Assembly (NCBI RefSeq): GCF_009914755.1
Contig: NC_060929.1
Source of the DNA: the human T2T-CHM13v2.0 reference genome, Homo sapiens
DNA: 64,000 nt
Strand: one strand, 5' to 3'
In this document: one piece after another, positions 43,223 to 56,517 of the stretch
How the letters are laid out: each line of letters begins with the position of its first letter
Position numbering within the stretch: position 1 is the first letter of the stretch
Made by a program: the position numbers and the translations under genes
The notes under the pieces: model-generated
Told to the model about the DNA's origin: nothing
What the model saw: only the letters and a program-made list of their open reading frames with translations
Database searches by the model: none

Positions 43223-43324
43223 CGCTTGAGGATGCAAGATGTAAGCTGTATGTAACCTGGAAGAGGGTCATCAACAGAACCAGAAAATGATGGCACCCAG
43301 ATCTTGAATCTCCAGCCTCTAGAC
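43223..43324 (-). other. CENPK: Probable CENPK non-coding exon 2 (102 nt), exonised MaLR (MLT1-type) LTR
   Basis: Acceptor aatttatttctcacag (typical antisense MaLR acceptor) and donor GCG|gtagag; lies between the promoter exon and the first coding exon. Confidence 0.7.
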
Positions 43325-44253
43325 CTGTGAGAAATAAATTTCAGTTGTTTAATTAAAACACACACACACACACACACACTTAAGAGTTGAACTTTTCCCG
43401 TTCCCACATTTTGTATCCTTAAACCTATCTTCCTGGAAAGGGAACAAGTCAACTTTTTGAGGTCCCCAGTTAGGACTACAATACTTAATCATTTATTGAA
43501 GAAAAACAGTATCTCTTTATTTAGGGATAATACTATACTTAAAGAAACTCGTACTATTAATTGGGAAAAGATTAATATACATGAAATAAGCAAAAAATAC
43601 CCACATAATTCTAAAATACATTCATTTATTCAACAAATATGTTAATGTGTGCCATTGGTCAGACACTGGCTTTAGCTGTGTAGATGAAAAAGTCTTTGTA
43701 CTTGTAGAGCTTCCATTCTCATGCAGACAATATAAATGAATGGATAACTAAATACATGATATGATTTCAGGTAGTCAGAAGTGCTATGAAATGGTAAAGT
43801 ATACAACACTGCCTGCAAGTACTATCGGAATTCAGGATAGGGAAGCTTAGAAAAACCAACCCGGAAGGAATTAGTCCATAATAATGCTTAATAAATGTTA
43901 ACTAGCTACATTATTATTATCATTATCATTATCATCTTCATCCTCATTATTGCATTGGTCTCTGAAAGATGAGAAGCTGTAAACATGAAGGCTAAATCGC
44001 TGTGGAGATGCTTTCAAGCATAAAAACATAAGAGTAGGAGGCAAGAACGAACAAGGGAAATTTGTGAGACACAAAAGAAAGTAGTCTGATGAGAGCAGAG
44101 GGCAGAGAAGAAATGAGACTTGCTAGGTAGAATGGTCAAATAATGGGAACCTTTGAAATAAAATAAAGTGCCTACTATGGGGGGGCAGTTCCTTCCCTGT
44201 ACGTGGTGCCTATCTCAAGGCAAAAGTAGAGAAGAGATTTACGACGAAGATTT

Positions 44254-44281
44254 TATTAGGTTGGTGCAAAAGTAATTGCAG
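44254..44281. mobile_element. MADE1 (mariner MITE) half element
   Basis: tattaggttggtgcaaaagtaattgc is the Hsmar1-type TIR. Confidence 0.8.
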
Positions 44282-44857
44282 AGAAAAAAGAAGTGTTTTA
44301 CGGAGGTCATTTTGACAAGCTGTATTTGATTTTTTAAAAAAGAGATTAAGATAATACATTTTATGTTATGTGCTTTTTACCTAATTTTTTAAAAATGAAG
44401 AAGACAGATGAGGAGGAGGAGAAAGAGTTCAGATGACTGCTAGGAGATGAAATCCTATACCAGAGAGAAGAAAGAAGAGTGACCCGTTCTGCCCTAGGTC
44501 TTTTGGTTATTTGAAGTAGCTGCTTCTCCACCCCACCCCCAGAAACAGTAACAAGCACTCACCACCTTCTTCAGAGAGTGTGTGAGAGAATAAAGGTCAG
44601 GAGAGAAAACATGTTTAGTGCATCTGAAAGGAAACCCGCGAGTTAACCACTTCCTTCTGTCCCCACCCTTCCATCTTTCTCTAAATATTGGTGAGGTTAT
44701 GGAGCTTGCGTTGGCGCGCGGGAAGCCGAGAAGAACGGGACTCAAAGCCCGGCTGGGAAGTCAGGTATCTAGTTGGCCGGCGATAAGGGTTTCACCTTCA
44801 GGACTGGAGCTCCACAAGATTCAACCGTTATATCAACCTCCCCGGCCCAGGTCTTAC

Positions 44858-44930
44858 CATCACAGCGTCACAAACTCCAGGTCGCCTAGGCGCTGCGCAG
44901 GAAGCGCTTGCCAGCCCCGGACTTCTGCGC
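44858..44930 (-). other. CENPK: CENPK non-coding exon 1 (5' end approximate)
   Basis: Donor ATG|gtaaga at 44857-44852 inside the CpG island, just downstream of the CCAAT boxes on the minus strand. Confidence 0.75.
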
Positions 44931-45066
44931 GCGCTGCATGCCCATTGGATGTGCTCATTCCCACCCCAGCCAATCCCGAAACTCGCTCGGACGCTGACAG
45001 AAGACTGCGCCGCTGCTTTGGGATTGGTAGCTGAGTTTTGTGTCGCGCCTTTTCTGACGATGCGAA

Positions 45067-45078
45067 CAACATGGCGGC
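45067..45078 (+). promoter_or_regulatory. TISU / YY1 element at the PPWD1 start codon
   Basis: CAACATGGCGGC is an exact match to the TISU consensus SAASATGGCGGC. Confidence 0.7.
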
Positions 45079-45266
45079 GGAAAGTGGTAGCGATTTTCAG
45101 CAGAGACGTAGAAGGCGCCGGGACCCGGAGGAACCGGAAAAAACAGAACTCAGCGAAAGAGAGCTGGCAGTAGCAGTGGCGGTGTCCCAGGAGAACGATG
45201 AGGAGAACGAAGAGCGCTGGGTTGGACCTTTACCTGTGGAGGCAACACTGGCCAAGAAGAGGAAAG
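45071..45266 (+). CDS. PPWD1: PPWD1 coding exon 1: [24 protein letters not shown]...LAKKRK(V)
   Basis: Strong Kozak aacATGG; donor AAG|gtagct; 196 nt; N-terminus of peptidylprolyl isomerase domain and WD repeat-containing protein 1. Confidence 0.96.
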
Positions 45267-46069
45267 GTAGCTGCAGACATAGTACCGGGACGAATTGGAG
45301 TGCTGCGTCCGCTGAGTAGGAGGGTTCAAGCCAGATCCGAAGAGGGATGATGTGTGGAGTTTTGTGCCCTCAGAACAGAGGGCCGTCCTCTGGCTACTCC
45401 ATACTTGCATGTCTTAACGAAATAGTGATTTAAGCGTAGTACAACGTCTTTTTGATAATATCTAACACTTTTGATCATTGATTTGTTATGACAGATGCTA
45501 AAACTAACATTTTCCTATTCTTATGTGTTTGGCTCCTCTCATTTACTCCCCACAGCAGCCACATGAAGTTGGAATTTCGAACTCTTATTTAGGTATGCAA
45601 AAGGGTACCAGTTCTCTTTAAGGCTTTAGTTCAGGAGTGGTGTTAATGTATTAATGTGTTGGGGCGCGAGAGGAAGGCGGTGCTTATTTCGAATCATGGT
45701 AGGTAAAGATAATTTCAACTCTGACACTTCCACTAATAAATTTTCGCATCTAGGGAAAATGACGTAAGCTTCCTAGATCACAGATTTGTTTTCATCCAAA
45801 ACCCGAAGTCTGATTTTGAAATCACGCTCTTGATACGATGGGCTGAGGCATTTTGTCACTAACGAGGAATAATCACAAATTATTATCAAATAAAAGGGGT
45901 GGGAAAAGGGGTAGATTAAGTTTTCTTGTCTTTGTTGTTTTGTTATCTTGTTTTTCTGTGAAATGTTTTCCTTAAGTATTTAAGACATTTTAAATGTGGT
46001 CTAAGCTCAAATCGTACTTTAGCACTTTCCCTTAAAAAACTTCAATGATTTGTCATTATTTTCTCTCTC

Positions 46070-46361
<292 letters not shown>

Positions 46362-47264
46362 TCATTATTTTCATTAAAGCCCAAACTCCCTCACATGGCA
46401 TATAAAGCCCTTTATGATGTGATCTCTCCTTACCTTCTTAGTGCATCTTCCATTACCTTCCTCTCCCAACCCCTTACTTTGTACTCCACCCATTCTAAAA
46501 TCACTCGAGAATCGGTCTTGTACTTTTTTTTCCTCTGGATTCCTACCCAGATATGGTGTTTCTACCGGGAATAATTTCCCTCAGCTCTTCCACTGAACTG
46601 ACTTTTGGTCAACCTTTAGCACTTAGCTATCATCTTCTCTGGGAAGCCTGTGACTTCTCCAGTCTGGACTGGATTTCTGAAGCACTTTGATCATAACTCT
46701 GAGGTAGTTATATATCAATACTGAATTTACAGGTAGCCTTCAAATTTTATGTATCCAAATTTTGAAGAAGCTGTTTTTTTGAACGTTGTATATTGACACC
46801 CTTACAGTGCATTATCATTTTTACTTCCTGGTCCTCTTATTAAATGTTTCCATAGTAACCATTTTATTTATGGCACTTGCCGCAGTTTCTAATTATATAT
46901 TTATTCATGTGATTGATGAATGTTTCTCTCCACTGCTAAGACTGTAAACAAGTAAGAACCAGAATCACGCCTTTTTTGTTTCATTGCTTGGTGTACAGTG
47001 CTTTGCCTAAGTATTTAATGACTGCATATTAAAGCTTTTATGCTGGTCTTTAGCTATTTTGTTGCATATGAATATTTTTGCAAGTTCTTTTTTAATTAAA
47101 CGAGTAAGGAGAAATGTAAAAATCCAGAAATATCGAAATGCTGATATTAGTGTTACCGGACAAGTGTCTTATAAACTTAATATAACGGAGACAGATATAA
47201 ATTAGTAGGTGTGAAAATCTTTCCTCTTAATCAGTTATTTATTGTTTTAAGACAGCCAATAGTT

Positions 47265-47568
47265 GGCCGGGTGTGGTGGCTGATGCCTGTAATCCTGGCA
47301 CTTTGGGAGGCTGAGGCGGGCAGATCATCAGGTCAGGAGTTCTAGACCAGCCTGACCAACATGGTGAAACCCCGCCAGTCTCTACTAAAAATACAAAAAA
47401 ATTAGCCGGGCGTGGTGGCGCACACCTATAATCTCAGCTATTCAGGAGGCTGAGGCAGGAGAATCACTTGAACCCAGGAGGCAGAGGTTGCAGTGAGCTG
47501 AGATTGTGCCACTGTACTTCAGCATGGGCAACAGAGCAAGACTCCGTCTCAAAAAAAAAAAAAAAAAA
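47265..47568 (+). mobile_element. AluS
   Basis: Dimer; TSD agccaatagtt. Confidence 0.92.
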
Positions 47569-47884
47569 GCCAATAGTTTATTCAGTTTGAAGAAAAAAAT
47601 TGAAACTAAAAAACATACATAGAATGTTACAAAAATATTTAAAATTTTGTCTAAATGGACAAGTATTTAACAATTTCAGCTTTCTAGAAATGGAGTCACC
47701 CCCTTTAACATGTTCTTTGGACATTGGACTGTTGTATATATTTTCAGAAAGACATGATTATATAGCACTATATCTCTTCAGGACAGGAACTGTGTTTTAC
47801 TCTTCTTTATGCCCATGTGACCTAGAACGTATTTTGTTCTTAATAAGTATTTGTCCACAAGTGAACTATCACACAGAAAAAGGA

Positions 47885-48310
47885 ATCTGGATCAGATAGG
47901 ATTAAGTTTATCTACATACTACAGAAAAACCCAAAATAACGATGTTGAAGAGATAGAGCTGTACTTTTATGTGTAGAAGTACCAAGACAGGCAGGCAGTC
48001 CAGGATTGGTGTGGAGGCTCCAGAAGTTCCTAGGCTCTCTCCAGCTTTCTGCCCAACATAACTAAGGTACAGCCCTCATCTTCATTTCTCTGAATGATTA
48101 TTAAGATTACAGCAGTCATATCCCAGTTCCAAGCTATAGGATTGAGGAAAGGAAGAAGGGTACACTTTTTCAAGACTTCCTGTGACAAAACATTTCCACT
48201 TTTACTCATTAGCATATGGTTAAACCTCACTCCAGGGGAAAGTGAGAAAGGTCATGTTATATCTGGACATCAGTATGCCCATATATAAATGGGGGTTCTG
48301 TTCCTAAAAA
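47885..48310 (-). mobile_element. Old MLT1 (J/K-like) LTR
   Basis: ggcagtccaggattggtgtggaggctcc...ccagttccaagc...gggggttctgttcctaaaaa. Confidence 0.55.
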
Positions 48311-48429
48311 TGAAGGGAAAAGTAGTTTATCAGACACAAGCCTGAAACAGCTCGTCATGTTTAATTTAGCAACTTTTTTTAGGCACGTTTGGTCATCGTT
48401 CAGTTATTTTATTTGGGATACATATAATT

Positions 48430-48575
48430 CTCCTCTCCCCTCGTTCCCTCCTTCCTTCCCTTCTTTCTCTTCCTTCTTCTCTCCCTCCCTCCCTTCGTCT
48501 TTCTTTCCCTCCCTTCTTTCCTTCCTTACTTCCCTCCCTCATTCTCTCCATCCCTTTCTTTCTTTTTTTTTTTTT
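48430..48575. repeat. Pyrimidine-rich low-complexity tract (CCTT/CCCT)n
   Basis: About 145 nt of almost pure C/T. Confidence 0.9.
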
Positions 48576-49254
48576 GCTAGTAAAATTGTTCATACCTCAT
48601 ATAATAAATCAGTATTTCCTGACATTCCTCAGATTACTACTCTTTCAGGTGGATTTTTTCCAGGTTTTGCCGTTGGAAAAAATTTGAGATACATTCAACT
48701 GGATACTCCCTAGGATGTTCTCAGGCGTAAAAATCTAAGAATTTTACCATGTTTAAATGTTTCAAACACAGTGTCAATAACTTGAAAGAGAATCAGTGCT
48801 TTAAATATTAACTGAGACATCTTACAGATGGCCACTGGACTCTTTTAAGTTAGCACTAAATTATGTCTACAATGTTAGGAAGATGGTTGTGATATTTTCA
48901 TGGAACTTTTTAATTTTTTTTCCTTTTTCTTTCTTTTTTCTTTTCTTTTTTTTTAATAGAACATTCACATTAAGCCAGAAGCACTCATTTCTTAAGTCCT
49001 GGGGACAGTTAGCATGTATATAGTACCTGGGAACCTGTTGTAACTGACTAAATAATGACGCTATTCAGTGCTCTGAAATAATAGACGTTAAAACTGAGAT
49101 AACATACTGGATTTTTTAATTGTGAATTGAGAAAAACTAAAATCCAGGAGAAAATACCAAGTAGAGTGTAGACAATTTTAAATAAAGAAAATACAAAATA
49201 GTATTTGGTTTATTTGTTAAAAATAGATCTTATACTTTACTTTTTTTTCTTCAG

Positions 49255-49357
49255 TCTTAGAGTTTGAAAGAGTCTATCTTGATAATCTCCCCAGTGCATC
49301 CATGTATGAGCGCAGTTACATGCATAGAGATGTTATCACCCATGTGGTATGCACCAA
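49255..49357 (+). CDS. PPWD1: PPWD1 exon 2 (103 nt): (V)[33 protein letters not shown](K)
   Basis: Acceptor ttttcttcag, donor CAA|gtaagt; in frame. Confidence 0.96.
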
Positions 49358-49764
49358 GTAAGTCTATCACATCTTTTTTACTTTGTTCTGAGTTTATTTA
49401 AAAAAAAAAAAAAGCTTCAATTTTGAGGTAGATTTATAGAGATAATTTTAAGATTTTGTAGATTTTTAATTTCTTAAGTTCTGAAATAAAGGCCTACATG
49501 TTCTTTCCTATATCGTACAAATAATGCATTCTCTAAGATAGAACCCCTGAGTTTATATGTATGTCTTTGGAGATAAATGCCAAGAGGGGAGTGAACCAGG
49601 TAGCGTCTGAGCTTCCCTGAAGAAGAGGGTACATTAGTTAAGATATGAGTAACTGGTACCTGGCCTCTTTGGCACTAGTGGAGAAAATGTGGGCTAACAT
49701 ACCCTAGGAATAGCAAAGGACCTTCAAAACAGATGAGTAGGTTCGTGGAGAAGGATAATAATAG

Positions 49765-49979
49765 TACAAGTTGAGCACCCCAAATATAAAATGCTCCAAA
49801 ATCCAATAGTTTTTGAGTGCTGACATGATACTCAAAAAATGCTCTTTGGAGCATTTGAGATTTTCTGATTAGGGATGTTCAACCAGCAAGTATAATGTAA
49901 ATATTCTAAAATCTGAGAAATTGAAACTCCAAAACACTTCTGGTCCGATACATTTTGGATAAGGGATACTCAAACTGTA
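49765..49979. mobile_element. Tigger4a / MER46-like MITE
   Basis: TIRs tacaagttgagcacccc...gggatactcaaactgta. Confidence 0.8.
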
Positions 49980-50865
49980 GTAATATTCTACTGTTTGTTG
50001 AGCTTATAGTATGTCCCAGGTACTATGCTAAGGCTTTTTCTTTTTTTATCTATCAAGTTAAGGCTTTTTCATAAATTTTCTTATTTATCATAAGGATAAT
50101 CTTGTGAGTTAGTACATGCTCTTCATTTTAGAGATGACAAAACTGAAGTTTAGAGAGGTTAGATAGCATATTAGGCTGCTATTTAAAAGGCAAGGGCTAA
50201 ATCCTAGAAGACTTTTTATTTCTTGTACGGGTTTTGAACCTGTGAGCAGGAGAGTAACATCATCAGATTTATTTTTATTAAAGGACCACCCTGGCTGTGG
50301 TGAGATGAATGGATTCAAACAGGGCAAGAATGGATACAGGGAGATAAGTTAGGAAGCTGGTATAGAAATCTGGATGAGATATGGTGGCTTGGATGATACT
50401 AGCAGTGAGTATGGGAAGTAGGTGGATTACTTTACACTTTTTTAGATCAGTCTATTCTTGATGTCTTGAAGACAAATTTAATTTCATATATAAATCTAAA
50501 TAAAATATTTATATTTCATGTAAAATAGGATAATTCTGACCAAATATTAGCACCTTTTCTAGTCTCAAGTTCTCAGTGTGGTAAAACAGTATATATATAC
50601 ATATTAGCATTGCTGTCACTCTCTTCTCAAATATTTTTGTTTTGTTTTTTTAACCCAAGACAATGGAAGGTAATACAGAGAATATAGGTTTTGTGGTGTG
50701 GTAGATTGAAAGCCACTCTAGCTATATGGACCTGAGGCAAGTACATTTAACATTTTAAAACTATTTCCTACTTATAAAATGATGATAAAAATACGTAGAG
50801 TTGCTGTAAAATTAACTAAGGTAATATGTACAAAGTACCTGACATATACTGGGTTTCCATAAATG
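49980..50865. mobile_element. MIR and L2 fragments
   Basis: cattttagagatgacaaaactgaagtttagagaggtt; aggcaagtacattt...tataaaatgatgata. Confidence 0.65.
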
Positions 50866-51373
50866 ATTTCTATTTTTACATACCTAATAGGAAAGATTCT
50901 TCTGTACAAAATCTTTTTGATACTTAAGTAACCAAAATACCTTGTATAGGATATAAAAAAAACTTTTGTTGAATTTTGTTGCATATGAAAGTAGTATGTT
51001 TAGATTTACTTATCAGCTACTGACAAATAGTTTATTTTCTTGTGAAAAGACTGTCTGTAGGGTAATTTTAGCAATAAGGAATCCAAAGTGTAGTGATTCC
51101 TAGTGAGATTTTTATTTTAATGTCAAATTCTAGTTCAATTCTGATCCTAGCTCTTGAGGTTAAAATTAGTACAGCTGTAACTGTTTTGACATCCAGAAAG
51201 GAGTTTCAAAATTTGCAGTGTTCTGTAATATAGTGGTCTGCTTAAAGAAGGGTTTTTTTTTAAAAAAAACCTATTATGCACAAGTCAGATTCTTAGTGAA
51301 TGATTGCTTTGGGAATACTGAGTGATTCATAGATCTGTCTTAGAAATTAACTTTTAACATTTCATATATGCAG

Positions 51374-51474
51374 AACAGATTTTATTATTACTGCCAGTCA
51401 TGATGGACATGTCAAGTTCTGGAAAAAAATAGAAGAGGGAATTGAATTTGTTAAACATTTTCGTAGTCACCTGG
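51374..51474 (+). CDS. PPWD1: PPWD1 exon 3 (101 nt): [33 protein letters not shown](G), WD40 repeat
   Basis: Acceptor atatgcag, donor TGG|gtaaga; [11 protein letters not shown]40 signature. Confidence 0.96.
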
Positions 51475-51619
51475 GTAAGAATTGCACCTCATTTTCTTGT
51501 AGCTCTTTCCTAAACTATACTAATTAAAGTTTAAATTTTTTAAATTTTTTTTCTTTGAATCATGCACACTTATTTTACTGTTATTTACTAGAATGTTTTA
51601 ATTTCATTTATTGAAATAG

Positions 51620-51740
51620 GAGTTATTGAGAGTATTGCAGTTAGCTCTGAGGGAGCATTGTTCTGTTCTGTGGGTGATGATAAAGCAATGAAGGTGTTTG
51701 ATGTAGTGAACTTTGACATGATCAACATGCTGAAACTTGG
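51620..51740 (+). CDS. PPWD1: PPWD1 exon 4 (121 nt): [39 protein letters not shown](G)
   Basis: Acceptor ttgaaatag, donor TGG|gtgagt; WD40 repeat. Confidence 0.96.
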
Positions 51741-52299
51741 GTGAGTCTTTTTAAAAGTATATGTATTTTAACTTATTGAAGTAATTTGTAAATCAGACTT
51801 TACCATTTAATAGGTTATTTCTAAATAGTATATTAACATATCTTTAAATAAAATGTGCTGTTGGGTTTTGCTTGGAAAATTAGATACAGTGAAGCCTTAT
51901 AATGTTTGGAAGCATCTGCTATGATTTGTTATCAATCACAGAAATTTCTAAACAGCATCATAACAAGGATTCCTTATATCCAAATTGACATTACTTAGTA
52001 ATATTACTGGAGCTCTGTCATATCTAATTACTGGTAGTTACAGTTAACTTCCTTGCTTTACTTATTTCAGTAATATAGAATTGAGTTCCTATAAGATTTA
52101 TTCACATTTTTGGAATTAAAGCTATTTATTGGTGACTTTAAACTTTGGAATATATTGATACTAAAACTATGGTTAGATTGTACAGTATTAAGACTGATAC
52201 TTTGTTTTAAGCATGTCTTTTTTAAGATAACATAGAATTTATACACATCTAAATGAATGTCAGCTTGAAAGTCATAACAGTGTCAGAAAGTTTTGGGAC

Positions 52300-52620
52300 T
52301 CGCCTTAGTCTGCTTGGATGCCATAACAAAAAAACCATAGACTAGGTGACTTAAATACAGAAATCTATTTTCTCACAGTTCTGGAGGCTGGAAAGTCCAA
52401 GATCAAGGTTCCATCAGGGTTTGATTTCTGATGAGGGCTGTCTTTCTTACTTCTCCCTATGTTCTCCCATGGTTGGAGGAAGAAGGAAGGGAGAGGGAAG
52501 AAGGAAAGAGAGATCTTTTTTTCTTCTTATAAGGCTACAAGCCCATCAGATTAGGACCCCACCCTGACTCTTATGAGCTCATTAACCTTAATTACCTCCT
52601 GAAGACCATGTCTCTAGAAA
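52300..52620 (-). mobile_element. MLT1A/MST-type LTR
   Basis: tattttctcacagttctggaggctggaaagtccaagatcaagg. Confidence 0.8.
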
Positions 52621-53580
52621 TTCCAACTGATGGAATTCCAACTGTGGGCTGAATTATGCCCACAATTCAAATAATTTCACATCTTAGAATTTCCTTCAAA
52701 ATCAGTTTATGACTTTATGAGCCACTAAAGGAAATAAATCTCATTATTTATGGTTAGAATGGCACAAACATACCTGTCTTGATCACCTGTCCTACTCCCC
52801 AGGTTTGTTTCCTCAAAGCTTTCCATTCACAGATATTGAACGTTTGCCCTTTGAGAATACTTGGAAGAGTATATTTCAGACTTTGATAGAAATTCTTGAA
52901 GAAGAGGTCTGGAAGGTTTTGAACATCAGCACCGTGGTTAGAATAATAGTGTCACTTCTCCGAATCTCTACTTTGAAGGAAACAACATTCATTTTTGAGT
53001 GTTTTAGTACAATTGATTAGATCAGTCTGAATTCTGTTATGCCTTGTTCATCAGGTAGAATGTTTAAAGCTTTGAGTTTTAATATCAAGATTTAGTTAGT
53101 AATGAGAGTGTTTTAGGACAGTGTTTTTCTTTGACGTATTGTCATAATAAAATATTTGATTTAAATATTTCAAGAAAGGATTTATAAAATACACTATTAC
53201 ATGCTAATCTATTTTAAAGTAAGTTATACATAGACTGTTGTACAGAGATCCAAAAAGCAATGTCCCAGAAGATCTTAAGGTCCAGATCTGATTAGGTTTC
53301 CTTATCTGCCCAAGAGAAATAAGTGTGCTGCTATATGCAGTTCTTTTCTTATGTTTTGACAGATCCTTAGAACTATCATTATACTGATGAGGTCAGAAAG
53401 AGAAAAAATAAGTAACTATTCTTAGCTGTTCCTCCCCATTCTGTGTCTCTGCTACTTTTGAGCAAGGAATCCAAAACTGTCTAAATCACCAGCCAAGACA
53501 TTTTTGGTAGTGGGATAGGGAGGGATGCTTGCTTGTTGTGCTGACCTTTTTTTTTCCCTCTCAATTCTTTACGATTTTAG

Positions 53581-54028
53581 CTATTTTCCTGGACAGTGTG
53601 AGTGGATCTATTGCCCAGGGGATGCAATTTCTTCAGTTGCTGCTTCCGAAAAGAGTACAGGAAAAATTTTCATTTATGATGGCCGAGGAGATAACCAGCC
53701 ACTTCATATTTTTGACAAACTCCATACATCACCTCTTACTCAGATACGGCTAAACCCAGTTTACAAAGCAGTAGTGTCTTCTGACAAATCTGGGATGATT
53801 GAATACTGGACTGGGCCTCCTCATGAATATAAATTCCCCAAAAATGTGAACTGGGAATATAAAACTGACACTGATTTATATGAATTTGCCAAGTGTAAGG
53901 CTTATCCAACCAGCGTATGTTTTTCACCAGATGGGAAGAAAATAGCTACTATTGGTTCTGATAGAAAAGTTAGAATTTTCAGATTTGTAACTGGAAAACT
54001 CATGAGAGTCTTTGATGAATCACTAAGC
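53581..54028 (+). CDS. PPWD1: PPWD1 exon 5 (448 nt): [10 protein letters not shown]...[12 protein letters not shown]40 repeats
   Basis: Core of ORF 53525..54043; acceptor cgattttag, donor AGC|gtaagt. Confidence 0.97.
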
Positions 54029-54309
54029 GTAAGTGTAATTTAAATTTAACCGTACTTTACTTTTCTAAAAATGCTTTATTTTATGCCTTTTCTTGAAAGA
54101 TCTTTTTTCTACAGATAGACATTTAGATAGACTTATTTTTTTCTTAGCACATTAGAGATATTCAACTGTTTCTGTCTTGTAGTGTTGCTCTTTGAAAGTC
54201 TCTTCTCTAGGGGTTTATGATGTGCGTTTTTCAAGTCAATTATTGTCTTATTTTTGTGGTTATTTTGTTTTTTACAATTTTGTTTTGTTTGCAAGCTGTT
54301 AAGATCCTC

Positions 54310-55610
<1,301 letters not shown>

Positions 55611-56198
55611 AAGAGTGACTCTAGCCATCACTTGTTAGACTGCTAACAAGAATTTGTTACAGCATGTAGTCGTGGAATAAGAGTTTTTAATCCATGCAGT
55701 TAAGCGGTTTCTGTGATTGCAACTATTGCCATCAAGTGGTTCTCTGAATCCTCTGAGTCTGGATTGAACCTTTGTAGCAAAGTTTATTGTATGACAGTGT
55801 CAGTTCTTTTGTCCTTGGCAGTGACCAATTTGCATTGGATTCCCTGCTGTAAGCTCTTCATAAATTCTGTCAACTCTTTCTAGTGGCGATCTTGATTTGG
55901 TGGCACGTGGTAATAAATGAGTTGGTTGTCTGTCTGTCTGAAGTAATATATTTCCAGACAAATGTGAAGATCTGTTTGCCAGCCAAATTATCCTTATGAC
56001 AAATTTTCTTGTTGGAAGAAGATAGCTTTCCACTCTGCTTTTAAGGAGAAACATTTATCGGTAATACTTTCTTTAATGGTGGCAGATAACTAAATATGAC
56101 TTGCAATTTAAATATAATTTTAAAATTCTATTAACTTGCAGCTCTTCCAAGATCCCTTAGGCAAAGAAATATTCAGAATCTAGTCTCTGGACACAAAT

Positions 56199-56517
<319 letters not shown>

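Larger units (their letters stand above)
44620..45350. promoter_or_regulatory. CpG island / bidirectional promoter shared by CENPK and PPWD1
   Basis: Sharp rise in GC and CpG content; ATTGG 44944-44948, CCAAT 44970-44974, ATTGG 45023-45027; E2F-like TTGGCGCGCGGGAA 44711-44724; CAGGAAG ETS-like motif near 44898; GCGC-rich NRF1-like motifs near 44926-44942. Confidence 0.9.

Noticed and set aside
44618-45034. 138-aa and other ORFs across the promoter
   Set aside because: GC-rich CpG islands are depleted of stop codons; non-ATG starts; they overlap the divergent TSS region
52805-53020. 71-aa ORF as an in-frame PPWD1 exon or microprotein
   Set aside because: Non-ATG start and not in frame with the exon 4 donor; kept only as a possible poison exon
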